Below are positions 62,555 to 64,000 of a stretch of 64,000 nt of DNA, piece by piece. The position numbers and the translations under genes are program-made. This DNA is from an uncultured Phycisphaerales bacterium (GTDB lineage Bacteria > Planctomycetota > Phycisphaerae > Sedimentisphaerales > Anaerobacaceae): contig CAVYYI010000002.1 in NCBI GenBank assembly GCA_963772725.1, positions 256,001-320,000 of the forward strand, given 5' to 3'. The notes under the pieces were generated by a model. It saw nothing but the letters and a program-made list of their open reading frames with translations, did no database searches and was not told where the DNA came from. How positions within the stretch are numbered: position 1 is the stretch's first letter; every line of letters starts with the position of its first letter.

Positions 62555-63778
62555 ATGATAAGACAATTTATTGCCGGCAGTTGCTACTCGTATATTTTAG
62601 GTTCAAACGATGAAGCCTTGATTATTGACCCTCACATAAGTTTACTGCAGGACTACAGTAAGTATTTAACGAAAAACAAGCTTACTTTGAAAAGCATCGT
62701 CGATACACATACTCATGCCGACCATTTTTCTTTAGCCGCGGTATTAAAGAAACAGTTTAAGGCCCAGGTTTTGATGCACGAAAAGGCCATATCGGATGTT
62801 GCGGACAAGCGGTTAAAAGATAACGACCGGATTAATATAGGCAGCAGTAGTGTTAAGGTAATGTATACCCCCGGGCACACAGATGACGCGGTAAGTCTGT
62901 ATGGAGAAGGCAGATTGTTCTCTGCGGATGTGCTTTTAATCGGCAGTGTAGGCAGAACAGATTTCCAAAACGGTTCGCCTGAATCTATGTTCGATACCCT
63001 GCAAAAATTAAAATCTTTACCTGATGAGACTATATTATGCCCAGGGCATGACTATCATGAACAACGGACGTCAACCATAGCTAAGGAAAAACAAACTAAT
63101 CCGTTTTTAAAAGAGGCAGACAAGGATGCTTTCGTCAAAAATATGCGGTCAAAAATAATTCCAAAGCCTTTCAACATTGATAATATTATCCGTGTAAACC
63201 AGAAAGGGGAGGCAACATCTCTCGAGATGATTTCTCCCTCTGATGCTTCATCGCTTTTAAAACAAAATCCACAAGCCAAAATTCTCGATGTCCGTTCAGC
63301 TATGGAATTTAATCAAATCCATATTGAGCCTTCGATTAATATCCCGATAGATATGCTTTCTTCTAAATTTGATGAGTTGAGCCAGTCAAAACAAAGCTAT
63401 TTAGTTCTCTGTCATACCGGCAACCGCGCCGCTATGGCTGCCGATATGCTCATACAATCGGGAATTCACAGCGTAAAAGTAATACAGGGCGGTATCATAA
63501 ATTGGCAAAAAGAAAAACTTCCCGTCATTAAAGGTCAGGGAGGAATCTCACTCGAACGCCAGGTAAGAATTATCGCGGGTTCCCTTGTTTTGCTCGGTGT
63601 AATATTGTCCTTCCTGTTGCATTGCGCATTTATTTTTATTTCCGTCTTTGTAAGCTGCGGCCTGATTTTTGCCGGAATTACCGATAATTGTCTTATGGGT
63701 ATATTGCTGATGAAGCTTCCTTATAACAAAAAGCTGTATAAAACCAAATCAGGCGGCGGAACCTGTTCGATTAGCTAA
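62555..63778 (+). CDS. MBL-fold persulfide dioxygenase-like + rhodanese + DUF2892 fusion
   Basis: THTHADH, TPGHT, GRTDF, PGHDY; LDVRS..CHTGNRA; ERQVRI..GITDNC..PYN. Confidence 0.9.
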   Translation: MIRQFIAGSCYSYILGSNDEALIIDPHISLLQDYSKYLTKNKLTLKSIVDTHTHADHFSLAAVLKKQFKAQVLMHEKAISDVADKRLKDNDRINIGSSSVKVMYTPGHTDDAVSLYGEGRLFSADVLLIGSVGRTDFQNGSPESMFDTLQKLKSLPDETILCPGHDYHEQRTSTIAKEKQTNPFLKEADKDAFVKNMRSKIIPKPFNIDNIIRVNQKGEATSLEMISPSDASSLLKQNPQAKILDVRSAMEFNQIHIEPSINIPIDMLSSKFDELSQSKQSYLVLCHTGNRAAMAADMLIQSGIHSVKVIQGGIINWQKEKLPVIKGQGGISLERQVRIIAGSLVLLGVILSFLLHCAFIFISVFVSCGLIFAGITDNCLMGILLMKLPYNKKLYKTKSGGGTCSIS

Positions 63779-64000
63779 ATGCGGTTTTTCTGTTTTTGCA
63801 ATAGAGCAGAATGTCGATGAAAACCATCAGGGCGTTTAAGAGATAGAGATAAATCACACCGTCAAGGCTGTAAAGCAGTTTATTAAAAATTCCGGCTATG
63901 TATCCGATTTCAACGATTATCAGAAATATGAAGCTCTTGCCGGAAGTGGTTTTCGATTTCCACGATTTATAAATGGAAAAAGGCCACGCCGCCCCAAAAC
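63771..64000 (-). CDS. partial small membrane protein (PQ-loop/SemiSWEET-like), truncated by the window end
   Basis: manual translation FGAAWPFSIYKSWKSKTTSGKSFIFLII..GYIAGI..LYLLN..KTAFS*. Confidence 0.6.
   Translation of the reverse strand, partial: FGAAWPFSIYKSWKSKTTSGKSFIFLIIVEIGYIAGIFNKLLYSLDGVIYLYLLNALMVFIDILLYCKNRKTAFS

Overview
A 64 kb bacterial chromosome segment, inferred to be Planctomycetota (probably Phycisphaerae/Sedimentisphaerales) from its PEP-CTERM genes, Zn-ribbon LepB and GH10-like protein. Housekeeping genes include tsaD, larB, valS, lspA, topA, tsaE, thiL, argH, an ABC-F (Uup-like) gene, rsmH, an RluA-family gene, lepB, HU, a cold-shock gene and a hom-apgM-like-lysC operon. 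It also has three PEP-CTERM genes and a multicopper oxidase. A 16 kb type IV pilus/T2SS-like operon carries a kinase-response regulator-HD-GYP-STAS module directly upstream of an ATPase with an MshEN-like N-terminus. Twelve genes, several essential, are split by small indels, most likely assembly errors. The non-coding DNA is the most unusual part: a 161 bp MITE with perfect 24 bp TIRs and a 9 bp TSD; two interleaved, diverged duplications of gene 3' ends; a triple operator with exact 21 bp period; REP-like hairpins; and many dispersed 7-10 bp periodic repeat tracts. No rRNA, tRNA, CRISPR array or transposase was recognised.
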